A stretch of 64,000 nt of DNA from Gammaproteobacteria bacterium (GTDB taxonomy: Bacteria; Pseudomonadota; Gammaproteobacteria; Steroidobacterales; Foliamicaceae), in the NCBI GenBank assembly GCA_965115835.1, contig OZ220471.1:1095037-1159036 (forward strand), given 5' to 3'. The notes under the pieces were generated by a model, which was not told the origin of the DNA, made no database searches, and worked only from the letters and a program-made list of their open reading frames with translations. The position numbers and the translations under genes were made by a program. Positions 44,956 to 54,346 of the stretch are shown one piece after another (within the stretch, counting starts at the first letter, position 1; each line of letters starts with the position of its first letter).

Positions 44956-45327
44956 GTGCGCCCCGCTTCGACGGACATTGACCTGCGACACAACCCGATG
45001 ATCCTGGGCGACAACCGCAAGATGGAAGGCGTCCTTGATAACCACTACAGCGTCGTGGTTTACGATCCGCCGCATGTCGAGCCAAAGGGCCGCGACAAGA
45101 GCAGCAAGAGCGGTTTGACATTGACTTCGGCGCCACCATGCCGCCCTGCGGCGCGAAACAGGGCTGGACGCTGTCCCCTCCCCCTCCTGAAGCAAGCCTG
45201 GCGCGTGCTGAAGCCGGATGGACTATCCTGCGGTTGCGCTTCCCCCGGCGAGCAGTTTGCGGGCGGAGGCAAGAAATCCATGACCCCGCGGAGGGAACGC
45301 GGGCGGTCGACGCGTCGGGCTGCGTGA
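44956..45327 (+). pseudogene. degenerate N6/N4 DNA methyltransferase fragment
   Basis: ILGDNRKMEGVLDNHYSVVVYDPPH resembles the ..GD...l..l.d.svdlvvtDPPY motif, and ...AWRVLKPDG resembles the RvLKpgG motif. The spacing is too short and the remainder is Arg/Pro-rich noise. Confidence 0.3.
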
Positions 45328-45402
45328 ATAACGCTGCCGGGCACTGCCCCAACCCCGCAGGACTACTTCATGCTCCCTGTGCTGGCGCCCGCAAGCAGCG
45401 CG

Positions 45403-45744
45403 TCAAATGTCGGTAGGCATGGGTATGGGGTTGTCGGCGGAAAGTGGTTCGGAGGGGGTAAATTCCTCCAGGACTTCCTCGCTCTGCAGGGCTTCTTCGA
45501 TACGGGCCAGATCCTCATCAATCGAAACGGCTTCGGCGGAGAGTTCGGGGATGGCGGGAGGCGAAGCGTCCTGATTCCCGGAAGCTTCTGTCTCTGCTCC
45601 CGCCTCCACCCCCTCTCCGATTTGCTCCTCCTCTCCGGCAGGGTCCGGCTGCCGGAAGCCCAGCCATCCGGCCACCTCTGCGGCAGCCCATGTCAGGCTC
45701 AGCCCCAAGCCGATGACGGCGGCGACGCCGATCACTTTCTTCAT
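45403..45744 (-). CDS. small secreted/anchored acidic protein (113 aa), last gene of the operon
   Basis: The ATG overlaps the upstream stop (ATGA). Hydrophobic N-terminus MKKVIGVAAVIGLGLSLTWAAA, then a Glu/Asp-rich tail. Confidence 0.6.
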   Translation of the reverse strand: MKKVIGVAAVIGLGLSLTWAAAEVAGWLGFRQPDPAGEEEQIGEGVEAGAETEASGNQDASPPAIPELSAEAVSIDEDLARIEEALQSEEVLEEFTPSEPLSADNPIPMPTDI

Positions 45745-48173
45745 GGCTGTTTCCTTCCTTCCGGATCCGATTGTTCCGCATAGCGCGCCAAGCGAAATCC
45801 TACATCGATGCGTTCTTTGTCGCCAGCTTCGCGAAACGCCCAGCGCAACTCCCGCAGCGTGCCGTGCAGCCAGCTCGATCCGCGAATGACGTACAGCCGT
45901 CCCTCCGCCGCGCCGCGCGGGTCCACCTCGGTGTCGGGATAGAGCGTGTCGGCGCCGTAAAAGTCGCCCGTCCATTCGGCAACGTTGCCGCCCAGATCGA
46001 AAAGTCCGGCCGGATTGGCCGGGAACGACCCCACCGGGGCGGTAAACGGAAAATTGTCGTTATAGGCGGTGACCACGGGGATTCCCAGGCCGCTGGCCGA
46101 CTGGTCGGCGTAATTCCCGGAACGCGGCGCCGGCGGCATCCGCTCGCCCCACGGATAGCGCGAATCGCCCGCCCCGCCGCCATGACGCGCCGCCCACACC
46201 CATTCCGCTTCCGTGGGCAGACGATAGCCGATGCCCGACTCATCGACCGGCTGCAGGCGACCTGCCCGACTGACGTACTGGAGCGGCAGGTTCTCCTGCG
46301 AGCTCAGCCAGTTGCAGAAGGCGGCCGCGGCCTGCCAATCGAGGTTCACCGCAGGACTGCTGTCCGCCGCCAGAGACCGGAAGCGTTCCGCGCCCGAGGT
46401 ATGTGTGGGCCGGAATGCGCGAAACTCGCGGTTGGTCACCTCGGTGACGCCCAGGTAGTAGCGCCTGTCCAGCCGCACCCTGCGCCGAACCTCGTTATTG
46501 CGCCATCCCTGACTGCCGCGTTGCGATCCCATCTCGAACTCGCCGGGAAACAGCATGACCAGTTTCCCGCCCAGCGAGTTCTCGATCTCTCTCGGCTGCG
46601 CAGCCAACCACGCCTGAACGGGAGTCAGCATTTCCACAACGACTTCCTGGGGATACGCGGGCTGCGGAACAATTTCACGCGACACATCCACATAACCTTC
46701 CTGCTTCAGTTCGAGAAGGTGCCCGATGGACGGCAGCGCCAGTTCGAGCGGTGTTCGCCCGCTCTCCCGGCCGTTGACAAATACCGCGACTCCGGCAGGA
46801 AGACTCACCACACGAACCTTGCCGAGGCGCGGCTCCAGGCGAACATCCAGCGTGTACTTCTCGCCCCGTCCCAGCGTCACGGATCGTTCCTGCGATTCAT
46901 GCCCGGCAAGAGACAGCAACACGCGATGCGCGCGGTCCGGGCTGACCTCCACCGTTGCCGGCGCGGCCCCCCGAAAGTCGCCGTCCACGGTAATGCTGGC
47001 GCCCGGCGGCTCGGTGGTAACGCGCAGCACTCCGGCAGCCGGCTGCAAACGAATGTCGGCCAGAGTTCGGTCCGCGCCTGCAACAACGGTCAACTCCTCG
47101 CGGTGGGTCGCAAATCCGGGCTTGGAAAAGGTCAGGATCTGCTTGCCGGAAAGCAGGTCCAATGTTGCCGGAGTAAGGCCCAACACCTCGCCCCCCGCAC
47201 CGACCTCGGCCCCGGAAGGCGTGCTGCTCACGGAAATGGCCGCCCAGTCCGGTTCGAGCTCGGCGGAAAAGGACTCCCGCTCGCCGCCTCCCCGAACGGC
47301 CAACACGGTTCTCAGCGCCTTGTAGCGGGGCGCGGACACATCCATCGCATAGGTTCCCGGCGCCAGCCGGAATTCCTCTCCCGGCCCGAAGACGCCTTCG
47401 ACGCCTTCCAGGGAAATCCGGGCGTCTTCCACGGCGTCCACCACTACGCGTGCGGGCAAAAGTTGCATGGCGAAGCGAAATTCCTCGCCGCCCGTGCCCA
47501 GCACCTCGATGGATTCGTCCAGCGGGTAGTAACGCGGCAACTCCGCCCGGACCCGATATTTTCCAGGCCACAACAGATAACGGCTTCCTGCATGAGGCGT
47601 GGGAAGAAAGGCCTCGACCCGGACTTTCGCGTCTTCAGGCTCCACCTCCACCAGCACGCCCCCGGCGGTAAACACGAACAGTGCGCACACCCCCAGGACG
47701 ACCAGAGCCGCTCCCAGGACCGCGCGCAGCCACAACCGGCGCACATTCCGGCGCGCGCCTGCGGCGGTTCCCCGGGCGCGCCGCAGGGGAATGGACGCCG
47801 CGGACTCCTCCTCCGCGACAAGCTCCGGGGGGCGCGTATCCCAGGCCCGGGCCGAATAGCGCACGACGAGCTTGAGCCCCTCGGGATCCAGCGACTCCAC
47901 AGCCACTTCCACGCCGGCGATCGACAAGCGGTCGTCCGCCTTGAGCCAACGGGCGCCGGCGACTGCCTCGCCGTTCAATTGCAGCCCGGAGACGCCCGCG
48001 TAGCACTGCACCAGCGCCCGCCCTTCGAGGAGATTGATGCTGGCGGCCGGCGCCGCCGCAGTTGGGCCGGGAAGGCGGATATGGGCGCTGGCGCCGCTGC
48101 CCAGCAGCACCGGCAGTTCGTTCGCCTCCAGTTCGCGCTCGCCCTCGGGCAGCGCAATCACTACCCGCGTCAT
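45741..48173 (-). CDS. FHA domain - TM - PEGA repeats - FGE-sulfatase (SUMF1-like) domain protein (810 aa)
   Basis: FHA-like N-terminus (LPVLLGSGASAHIRL...LQLNGEAV...LSIAGVEV). TM segment LRAVLGAALVVLGVCALFVF. Several PEGA-like units (for example VSSTPSGAEVGAGGEVLGLTPATL, TTEPPGASITVDGDFRGAAP, VSLPAGVAVFVNGRESGRTPLEL). C-terminal FGE/SUMF1 motifs: YYLGVTEVTNREFRAF, YRLPTEAEWVWAAR, GLFDLGGNVAEWT, RGSSW, GFRLAR. Confidence 0.9.
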   Translation of the reverse strand: MTRVVIALPEGERELEANELPVLLGSGASAHIRLPGPTAAAPAASINLLEGRALVQCYAGVSGLQLNGEAVAGARWLKADDRLSIAGVEVAVESLDPEGLKLVVRYSARAWDTRPPELVAEEESAASIPLRRARGTAAGARRNVRRLWLRAVLGAALVVLGVCALFVFTAGGVLVEVEPEDAKVRVEAFLPTPHAGSRYLLWPGKYRVRAELPRYYPLDESIEVLGTGGEEFRFAMQLLPARVVVDAVEDARISLEGVEGVFGPGEEFRLAPGTYAMDVSAPRYKALRTVLAVRGGGERESFSAELEPDWAAISVSSTPSGAEVGAGGEVLGLTPATLDLLSGKQILTFSKPGFATHREELTVVAGADRTLADIRLQPAAGVLRVTTEPPGASITVDGDFRGAAPATVEVSPDRAHRVLLSLAGHESQERSVTLGRGEKYTLDVRLEPRLGKVRVVSLPAGVAVFVNGRESGRTPLELALPSIGHLLELKQEGYVDVSREIVPQPAYPQEVVVEMLTPVQAWLAAQPREIENSLGGKLVMLFPGEFEMGSQRGSQGWRNNEVRRRVRLDRRYYLGVTEVTNREFRAFRPTHTSGAERFRSLAADSSPAVNLDWQAAAAFCNWLSSQENLPLQYVSRAGRLQPVDESGIGYRLPTEAEWVWAARHGGGAGDSRYPWGERMPPAPRSGNYADQSASGLGIPVVTAYNDNFPFTAPVGSFPANPAGLFDLGGNVAEWTGDFYGADTLYPDTEVDPRGAAEGRLYVIRGSSWLHGTLRELRWAFREAGDKERIDVGFRLARYAEQSDPEGRKQP

Positions 48174-50473
48174 CAGATAGGTTGTGTGCAGATCAGAACC
48201 ACGGGAGCGGACAAGCCTTGCGGAGGCACGACAAATTCCCGGCGCACATCCCGGAACCCGTCGCGTTGGCCAACCGCCGTGTAGGCGCCGGGCCTTAACT
48301 CGAGGACCCGATCACTGAAGCTTCCCAACCGGCCCACGTGAAAAATCGTGACCTTGGTGAAACCATCGGACTGCAAACGCACCGGCGCGGGCGTGGCGGC
48401 CACCGTCAGGACCCGGTCCAGGCGCTCGATCTGACCGTTCAGTCGGGGGCCGGGCTCGGCAATGCTGCCGGCTTGTTCCAACAGCCCCCGGCCCTGCTCC
48501 CAGGCGTCGTTGCGATTCAGCCCCTGCGCATTGGCAATGGTCTGTTCCAGGGCATCGTCCAGGCGCGCCCGGCTCTCCGCCTCGGCCAAACCCTGCCGGG
48601 CGGAAACGATGCTGGCCTCGATCTTGAGCATTTCACGGTAGTGGTTCGCCACGGAACGCCACTCTTCGCGAAAACGGGCGGCTACCGCCGCTGCCTGCAA
48701 TTCCGCCAGCCGCTGGCCTCTTTCCTCCAGTTGCAGGGCAGCCAGAGCCTCCACCGGCGCCGGATCGTCGGGACGTTGTCTGTTGGCCGCCTCGAAGGCC
48801 TCGCGGGCGGCGGCGAGATCGCCCTCCCCCATGGCTGTGTGCCCGCGTGACATCCGGGAACCGAACAGGCGGGCCTCGAGGTCCGCGTTGACCGCCGCCA
48901 GGGCCTGACGGGCGGACTGCCGCATGGGATCCAGTTTCAGCACTTGCCGCCAGGCGTCGCGCTGCGCCTCGAGACGGCCTTCGCGGGCAAGCGCGCGCGC
49001 TTCGTCCACCGCCTGCATGATTTCCGGCAGTTTTGCAGCTCTTCGCCGGGCTGTCTCAACATCCGGGTCGGCTTCTCCCAGGAGAATGCCTGCCTTCTCC
49101 AGTTCGGCCAGGGCAACAGCCTGATCGCCGCTTTCCAAGGCCTCCTGCGCCGCTTCCAGAGCCTTTTGGCCAATGTCCGGCGCTTGCTCGCGCAACGGAC
49201 GCAGCAAATCCGCAACCTTGCGGTAGCGGGCCTGCGCATCGGGATATTCACGCTTTCGATAGTGTTCGTCGGCCGCCTGCTCCTGCGCAAGGGCCTGTTC
49301 CCACACCCCGCCCGACCACAGCGACGGCTGCAGGGACGCCAGATAGTTCCGGTCCCTGAGCATGTCGCCCATGGTCACATCCGCGGCATTGCGCTGCGCC
49401 TTCAGCAATTCCAGGTCTACCTTTGGCGGCTCGGCCTGCGGAACTGTTGCCCGGGGGAGCGGCCGGGCAGCGGCCCTGTCCTGCGCAAGACGGGGAAGAA
49501 AGGCAAACAATGCCACGGCCACCGCCAGCATCAAGCCTCCCAGGGCGTACGCCAGACCCGCCGGTACGCCGCGCCGCTGTTGCAGAGTGGCAGGTTGCCC
49601 GCCGTTCGCGGCCCGAGTCCGGGCGACAATCGCCGCACTCGGCGCCGGCTCCGCCGGGGAGTCCTTGAGTATCTCCTCCAATGTGCTGCGCACGGCCTGA
49701 AGCGTCACCGGACGCCGGGAAGCGTCCGACGCGAGCATCGACAAGGTCAATTCGCCCAGGGCTTCGGGCAGGCGCGGCATTCCGGGGGGCGCCGCGAGCG
49801 GTTCGATCTTCCCCACCCAAACACATTCTTGGTCGAGGTGCGTGGCGTCCGGCGGGCGGCCGCAAAACTGCTGGTGAAAAATACCGCCCAAGGCATAGAT
49901 GTCATCGCCGGGTTCGGCAGGCTGGCCGTCGAGAAGCTGCGGGCTCATATAGGTAAACGAACCCCCGGGTCGCCGGATGCGGTCGTCCCCGGCGGCATCG
50001 CGGACCCGCGCGGCGCCGAAATCGGTCAAGCGCGCCGCTCCGTGTTCATCCAGCAGGATATTCTCCGGCTTGAGGTCGCCATGCGCCACGCCCTTGCGGT
50101 GCGCGTACGCCAATGCATCGCAGATGGGCAAGAGCCGCCTTGCGCTCTCGCCCCAAGGCCGGCTTGCGCTTTCCCCCAGATGGCCTCCGGGCATCACCGG
50201 CATCGTGAAGAAAGCCCCGCCCTCGTCCGGGAAGAATTCCTCGGGACGCAAGATGTCCGGGTGAACCAGCGACTGCGCGATGGAAAACTCGCGCCGGAAC
50301 AGTTCCTGGCGCGCGGGATCGCGCGCGAACTCGCCCGCCAGCCTCTTCAGGGCCACCTCACGCGCCTGGGAAATATCCTCGGCCAGCCACACTTCGCCCA
50401 ACCCGCCCTTGCCGAGCAGGCGCAAACACCGAAATCGGGACGCCAGCAGTTGGCCCTCGCGAGGCGGGTTCAT
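48173..50473 (-). CDS. Hanks-type Ser/Thr protein kinase - TM - TPR-like helical repeats - C-terminal beta domain (766 aa)
   Basis: LGKGGLGEVWLAED (Gly loop), VALKRL, HRKGVAHGDLKPENILL, LTDFGAARV. TM segment GLAYALGGLMLAVAVALFAFL. A long Ala/Glu/Arg helical region follows. The stop shares one nucleotide with the downstream ATG (TGATG). Confidence 0.9.
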   Translation of the reverse strand: MNPPREGQLLASRFRCLRLLGKGGLGEVWLAEDISQAREVALKRLAGEFARDPARQELFRREFSIAQSLVHPDILRPEEFFPDEGGAFFTMPVMPGGHLGESASRPWGESARRLLPICDALAYAHRKGVAHGDLKPENILLDEHGAARLTDFGAARVRDAAGDDRIRRPGGSFTYMSPQLLDGQPAEPGDDIYALGGIFHQQFCGRPPDATHLDQECVWVGKIEPLAAPPGMPRLPEALGELTLSMLASDASRRPVTLQAVRSTLEEILKDSPAEPAPSAAIVARTRAANGGQPATLQQRRGVPAGLAYALGGLMLAVAVALFAFLPRLAQDRAAARPLPRATVPQAEPPKVDLELLKAQRNAADVTMGDMLRDRNYLASLQPSLWSGGVWEQALAQEQAADEHYRKREYPDAQARYRKVADLLRPLREQAPDIGQKALEAAQEALESGDQAVALAELEKAGILLGEADPDVETARRRAAKLPEIMQAVDEARALAREGRLEAQRDAWRQVLKLDPMRQSARQALAAVNADLEARLFGSRMSRGHTAMGEGDLAAAREAFEAANRQRPDDPAPVEALAALQLEERGQRLAELQAAAVAARFREEWRSVANHYREMLKIEASIVSARQGLAEAESRARLDDALEQTIANAQGLNRNDAWEQGRGLLEQAGSIAEPGPRLNGQIERLDRVLTVAATPAPVRLQSDGFTKVTIFHVGRLGSFSDRVLELRPGAYTAVGQRDGFRDVRREFVVPPQGLSAPVVLICTQPI

Positions 50474-50541
50474 GGTTTTGTTGCGAAGCTGGGGTTTCCT
50501 GCCTTCAGGAACGCGGCAGGGAAGTTCCCTTCGGGATTCCC

Positions 50542-51795
50542 TTACGAGCCTTCCTCGACCGGCGGCTCGATTTCGCCCGTCTCGCGAGCGTAGATTTCAC
50601 GCAGCAGGCGGCGCCATTCCCGAAACCGTTCCTCTGCGGATCCGGTCAGCCGCCGGGTCTGGCCCTCCAGTTCCACCACCATGGGCTCGGCCTCGGCATC
50701 GAAGGATTCACCTGCCTCCCGCAGGGTCTCCGCATGCAGCTTGGCTTCCTCGCGGTCACTCAGCCCGGACTGTATGCCCATGATGCCAGCCTGCACCATC
50801 GTGCCGGTAACCGCCGCCTTGTCGCCGCCGGCGGATTCGTAGGCAATCGCACCGAGAATTCCCAGCACGCCCAGCAGCATGCGGGTGTTCGCCGCCCCGC
50901 GCATCTCCTCGTAACTCATGCGCCCTTCGCGCGCCGTGCCCCGCCAGTCGGTATAGGGCGCGCGCAAGCCGTTGTACAAGTTCGCGTAGTGCTCGTTTAT
51001 GGCGTCGATCAGCGCGTATTCGCGCTCGCGCACCGCGCGCATCCGGCTTACCATCGGCTCGTCCGCCGCCGGAAGCCGCCGGAGTTGATACTGGCCGTCC
51101 TTGTCCCACGCCAGATAGCCATCGAACGCCTGCGGCGCCAGGCTCTTTCCGTAACGCAGATCGCCGACATCCCGAATCCGCTGCAACTCCGCAGCGCCAA
51201 GCTGGGCGCGAAACTGCAGCAGGTCGTTGGCGATCTGGTTATAAACGTTTTCGTAGGGGTCCCGAGGGAGATTGCTACTTTGATGGGGGGCGACATAAGC
51301 CATTTCGCTCACCATCATTTCGTAGCTCTTGTTGAACCACTCGCGGGCGGAAGAGTCCCAGGCGGCCACCCGCAACTTCACGCTGTAGCCGTCCGACGCT
51401 TCGATCCGCCCCGATACCACGAGATCCACAATCGGGCTGAACTCGGGCAATACGCTCACCGCACCCCAGTAGCCCGACGCTTCCAGTCTGGTCTTGAGGT
51501 GATAGGGCATCAAGCGCGCCTCGGCGCGGCGGATTTCCGGAAAGATCCATTTTTCGTGGAGCTGCTGGTCGCTGGCGTCTTCCGGAAGACCTGCGTCGAA
51601 CACCAATATGCCCACATTGAGCAATGCTTCCCGGGCAATGTCCGTTTCCGCACGCTCCAGCTTGACCTCGGTGTACTGGACTTCGCGAGTCGATGTGCAG
51701 GCCGCCAGCAACACCGTGCAAGCGACCAGCCCCAACAATCGGTTGATCCTGTTCACTTCGCCTTGATTCCCATGTGCTTGCGATACTCGTCCCAA
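50542..51795 (-). CDS. putative lipoprotein (about 400 aa)
   Basis: Lipobox ...LLGLVACTVLLAAC|TS. An alternative GTG start at 51756 overlaps the upstream TGA (GTGA) and gives a canonical 20-aa signal. There is a Gly-rich hydrophobic segment near the C-terminus (LLGVLGILGAIAYESAGG...AGIMGIQSGL). Confidence 0.7.
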   Translation of the reverse strand: MGRVSQAHGNQGEVNRINRLLGLVACTVLLAACTSTREVQYTEVKLERAETDIAREALLNVGILVFDAGLPEDASDQQLHEKWIFPEIRRAEARLMPYHLKTRLEASGYWGAVSVLPEFSPIVDLVVSGRIEASDGYSVKLRVAAWDSSAREWFNKSYEMMVSEMAYVAPHQSSNLPRDPYENVYNQIANDLLQFRAQLGAAELQRIRDVGDLRYGKSLAPQAFDGYLAWDKDGQYQLRRLPAADEPMVSRMRAVREREYALIDAINEHYANLYNGLRAPYTDWRGTAREGRMSYEEMRGAANTRMLLGVLGILGAIAYESAGGDKAAVTGTMVQAGIMGIQSGLSDREEAKLHAETLREAGESFDAEAEPMVVELEGQTRRLTGSAEERFREWRRLLREIYARETGEIEPPVEEGS

Positions 51796-53192
51796 AGCGC
51801 CTTGCGAAGGCGCGGATCCTCTTCCTGTTCCGCCGCTTCGCGAATCTGCCGCGCCACCTGATCTTCCCTGCCCGACGCCTTGGCGATATCTTCAGGAATC
51901 TCGACCTTGGAAGCGGGCTGATCTCCATTTCCAGGGCTCCCCCCGCCCTCACCGGAGGACATGCCGCCGCCGTTGTTTCCTCCGCCGCCCTGGCCGCTGC
52001 CGGAGTTCCTTCCGCCATCCTGACCGGCGTCGTTGCCCGCTCCCATGCCTCCGTCTCCCCCGCCGCCCGACATGCTGGGAATGATCACCATGGGGCCGTC
52101 GGAGCCTCCGGGGCCGCCGGAAGTTCCAGCCATGCCGCCCGCACTGCCTGCGCCGGCGGCCGTTCCCTGACCGGAGGAAGCCATCGCGCCGCGCTCGCGA
52201 GCGATTTCGCGATCGTATCCCTCCATGGATTCACGCAGAACGCCCTCGAGGTCGCCGCCACTGCCGGAAGCGCCAGCGCCGCTCGCCCCGCCTGCTTGCC
52301 CGCCGCCAATGCCGCCGCCGGTTCCCACGGAACCCTGCGTACCGCCGCGAGAACCCGACGCGCCGCCGACCGAACCCGGAAGACCGCCGCCGCGGGAACC
52401 CGACGCGCCGCCGACCGAACCCGGAAGACCGCTGCCGCGAGAACCCGACGCACCGCCGACCGAACCCGGAAGACCGCCGCTGCGAGAACCCGACGCGCCG
52501 CCGACCGAACCCGGAAGACCGCTGCCGCGAGAACCCGACGCGCCGCCGCCAGAACCCGGAAGACCGCTGCCGCGAGAACCCGACGCACCGCCGACCGAAC
52601 CCGGAAGACCGCCGCCGCGGGAACCCGACGCGCCGCCGACCGAACCCGGAAGACCGCTGCCGCGAGAACCCGACGCGCCGCCGCCAGAACCCGGAAGACC
52701 GCTGCCGCGAGAACCCGACGCGCCGCCGCCCGAACCCGGAAGACCGCCGCCGCGGGAACCCGACGCGCCGCCGACCGAACCCGGAAGACCGCCGCTGCGA
52801 GAACCCGACGCGCCGCCGACCGAACCCGGAAGACCGCCGCTGCGAGAACCCGACGCGCCGCCGACCGAACCCGGAAGACCGCCGCTGCGAGAACCCGACG
52901 CGCCGCCGACCGAACCCGGAAGACCGCCGCTGCGAGAACCCGACGCGCCGCCGACCGAACCCGGAAGACCGCTGCCGCGAGAACCCGACGCGCCGCCGCC
53001 AGAACCCGGAAGACCGCCGCTGCGAGAACCCGACGCGCCGCCGGAGGCGCCGGAACTCCCTCCGGGCGACGGCATGGACACCGGGGGGCCGCCCGACGGG
53101 GAGGACACGCCGCCGGTAGTCTGACAACCTGCGGAAAACAGCGCAAGCGTGAACGCCAGGAAAACACTCGAAACGCCAATGACCGGTTTCAT
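51753..53192 (-). CDS. Gly/Ser-rich repeat lipoprotein (479 aa), first gene of the operon
   Basis: Signal plus lipobox MKPVIGVSSVFLAFTLALFSAGC|QT. About 16 tandem 15-aa units GGASGSR(S/G)(G/S)GLPGS(V/G). Non-repetitive charged C-terminus ...DQVARQIREAAEQEEDPRLRKALWDEYRKHMGIKAK. Coupled to the next gene. Confidence 0.7.
   Translation of the reverse strand: MKPVIGVSSVFLAFTLALFSAGCQTTGGVSSPSGGPPVSMPSPGGSSGASGGASGSRSGGLPGSGGGASGSRGSGLPGSVGGASGSRSGGLPGSVGGASGSRSGGLPGSVGGASGSRSGGLPGSVGGASGSRSGGLPGSVGGASGSRGGGLPGSGGGASGSRGSGLPGSGGGASGSRGSGLPGSVGGASGSRGGGLPGSVGGASGSRGSGLPGSGGGASGSRGSGLPGSVGGASGSRSGGLPGSVGGASGSRGSGLPGSVGGASGSRGGGLPGSVGGASGSRGGTQGSVGTGGGIGGGQAGGASGAGASGSGGDLEGVLRESMEGYDREIARERGAMASSGQGTAAGAGSAGGMAGTSGGPGGSDGPMVIIPSMSGGGGDGGMGAGNDAGQDGGRNSGSGQGGGGNNGGGMSSGEGGGSPGNGDQPASKVEIPEDIAKASGREDQVARQIREAAEQEEDPRLRKALWDEYRKHMGIKAK
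52343..53045. repeat. 45-bp tandem repeat, about 15.6 copies (coding)
   Basis: The unit GAACCCGACGCGCCGCCGACCGAACCCGGAAGACCGCC(G/T)C(C/T)GCG(G/A) repeats head to tail, with a few point variants per unit. Confidence 0.9.
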
Positions 53193-53583
53193 TTCGATGA
53201 ACCTAATCGAACTCTATGGAACCAAGCATACCACCGTCCCCGAAAGGCGAGGCCTTGCCTGTGTGGATGCGCGAATCAGCTCTCGCGTCGCTTCTTGTAC
53301 TCCTCGTAATTCAGGCGGCCGGAGCGAACCGCAGGAGGATAGTGACCGTATCTCTCCTGTTCGCGCTCCTTCAGGTGCCGTTTGGCGAGCCAGGTAAACA
53401 GGTTGAACAGCCCGGCAATAACCAATGCGACAAGCAGGCCGATGTTGTCGAGAAGGAAGCTGTACATTGTCGCAAACCCAAGCGCTTCGCAAAACCCGAA
53501 GGGCGTTTCCAACGCCTTTATTTTACGCAGAATGCGGTAGTACTATCAAAGCCATGATTCCGTCGGTCCTGCATCGGAAATAA

Positions 53584-54102
53584 ATGCGCACACGCTACCG
53601 GAACCTGCTGGTCGCCGCTTTTCTGGCAGGCGTTCTCGTTCTCGTGTGGCGCCTCCAGGGCAGCGAAGCCACCACCACGATCCTGCTGCTGACATCCGCC
53701 GAACGCCAAAAAGGCGATTCGGCGTCCCTGAGCGCCGCCGGACTGGCCCGCTCCGAATCCCTGAGCCGTCTGGCGGGAAACCTTGCCGCCCCGGACCAAC
53801 TCGCCGCGATCCTGAGTGCCGGCGGCGAGCCCGAGCGTGAGACCGTCCGCATGCTGGCCAAACGGCTTGAAAGACCGATTTCCGATGTGTTGATCGAGGA
53901 TCCTGCCGCCTTCGCCCGGGGGCTCGCAAGGCGATATCGCGGCAAGGTCGTGGTGATTGTGGCCAGCACCAGTCTGGCAGCAGCCCTGCTGGCGGAACTG
54001 GACGGCGCTGCGCTGGAACGGGCCCAGTTCGGACCGGGCCGCCTTCACCTTGTCAACCTGCCTTCCTTCGGCCAGCCGCGCACTCTGGCGCTCAACTACT
54101 GA
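53584..54102 (+). CDS. hypothetical membrane-anchored protein (172 aa)
   Basis: N-terminal TM segment NLLVAAFLAGVLVLVW. No catalytic motif recognised. Confidence 0.45.
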   Translation: MRTRYRNLLVAAFLAGVLVLVWRLQGSEATTTILLLTSAERQKGDSASLSAAGLARSESLSRLAGNLAAPDQLAAILSAGGEPERETVRMLAKRLERPISDVLIEDPAAFARGLARRYRGKVVVIVASTSLAAALLAELDGAALERAQFGPGRLHLVNLPSFGQPRTLALNY

Positions 54103-54346
54103 ACGCCGGATCACACGCCACGGCAGTCCGAACGCGCCTGAACGACAACCATGGCGGCCCTGCCGCCGTCTTTCCGGGGATTTCGCACCCCCGGGCGCGG
54201 GCTTCATTCCACCTCGTTGCCAGCCGCGAGCAAGGCGCCGCGAGAGAGGCGGCCAGCGCTCGTGCAGCGAGGTCGCCGCAGCGCTTCGGCCGACAAGGCA
54301 GCGCCCTGCTCGCCAGCAGGACCCAACATGGCTTTCGCTGTACTGC

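Noticed and set aside
51774-53309. Alternative frames across the 45-bp repeat (Pro-rich PPTEPGRPP...; Arg-rich RRVLAAAVFRV...; TRKTAAARTRRAADR...)
   Set aside because: They are open only within or around the repeat and lack signal sequences, RBSs and coupling. The Gly/Ser frame has a lipoprotein signal, a non-repetitive C-terminus and an overlap with the next gene.
53276-53512. 78-aa minus-strand ORF with one hydrophobic helix (MYSFLLDNIGLLVALVIAGLFNLF...)
   Set aside because: It is plausible as a small membrane protein, but there is no RBS, family or conservation evidence available from the sequence alone.
53584-54102. Possible histidine-phosphatase (SixA/PGM-like) assignment for the 172-aa protein
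   Set aside because: The position where the catalytic RH(G/A) motif should be reads LTSAE, and no other family motif is recognisable. I kept it as hypothetical.
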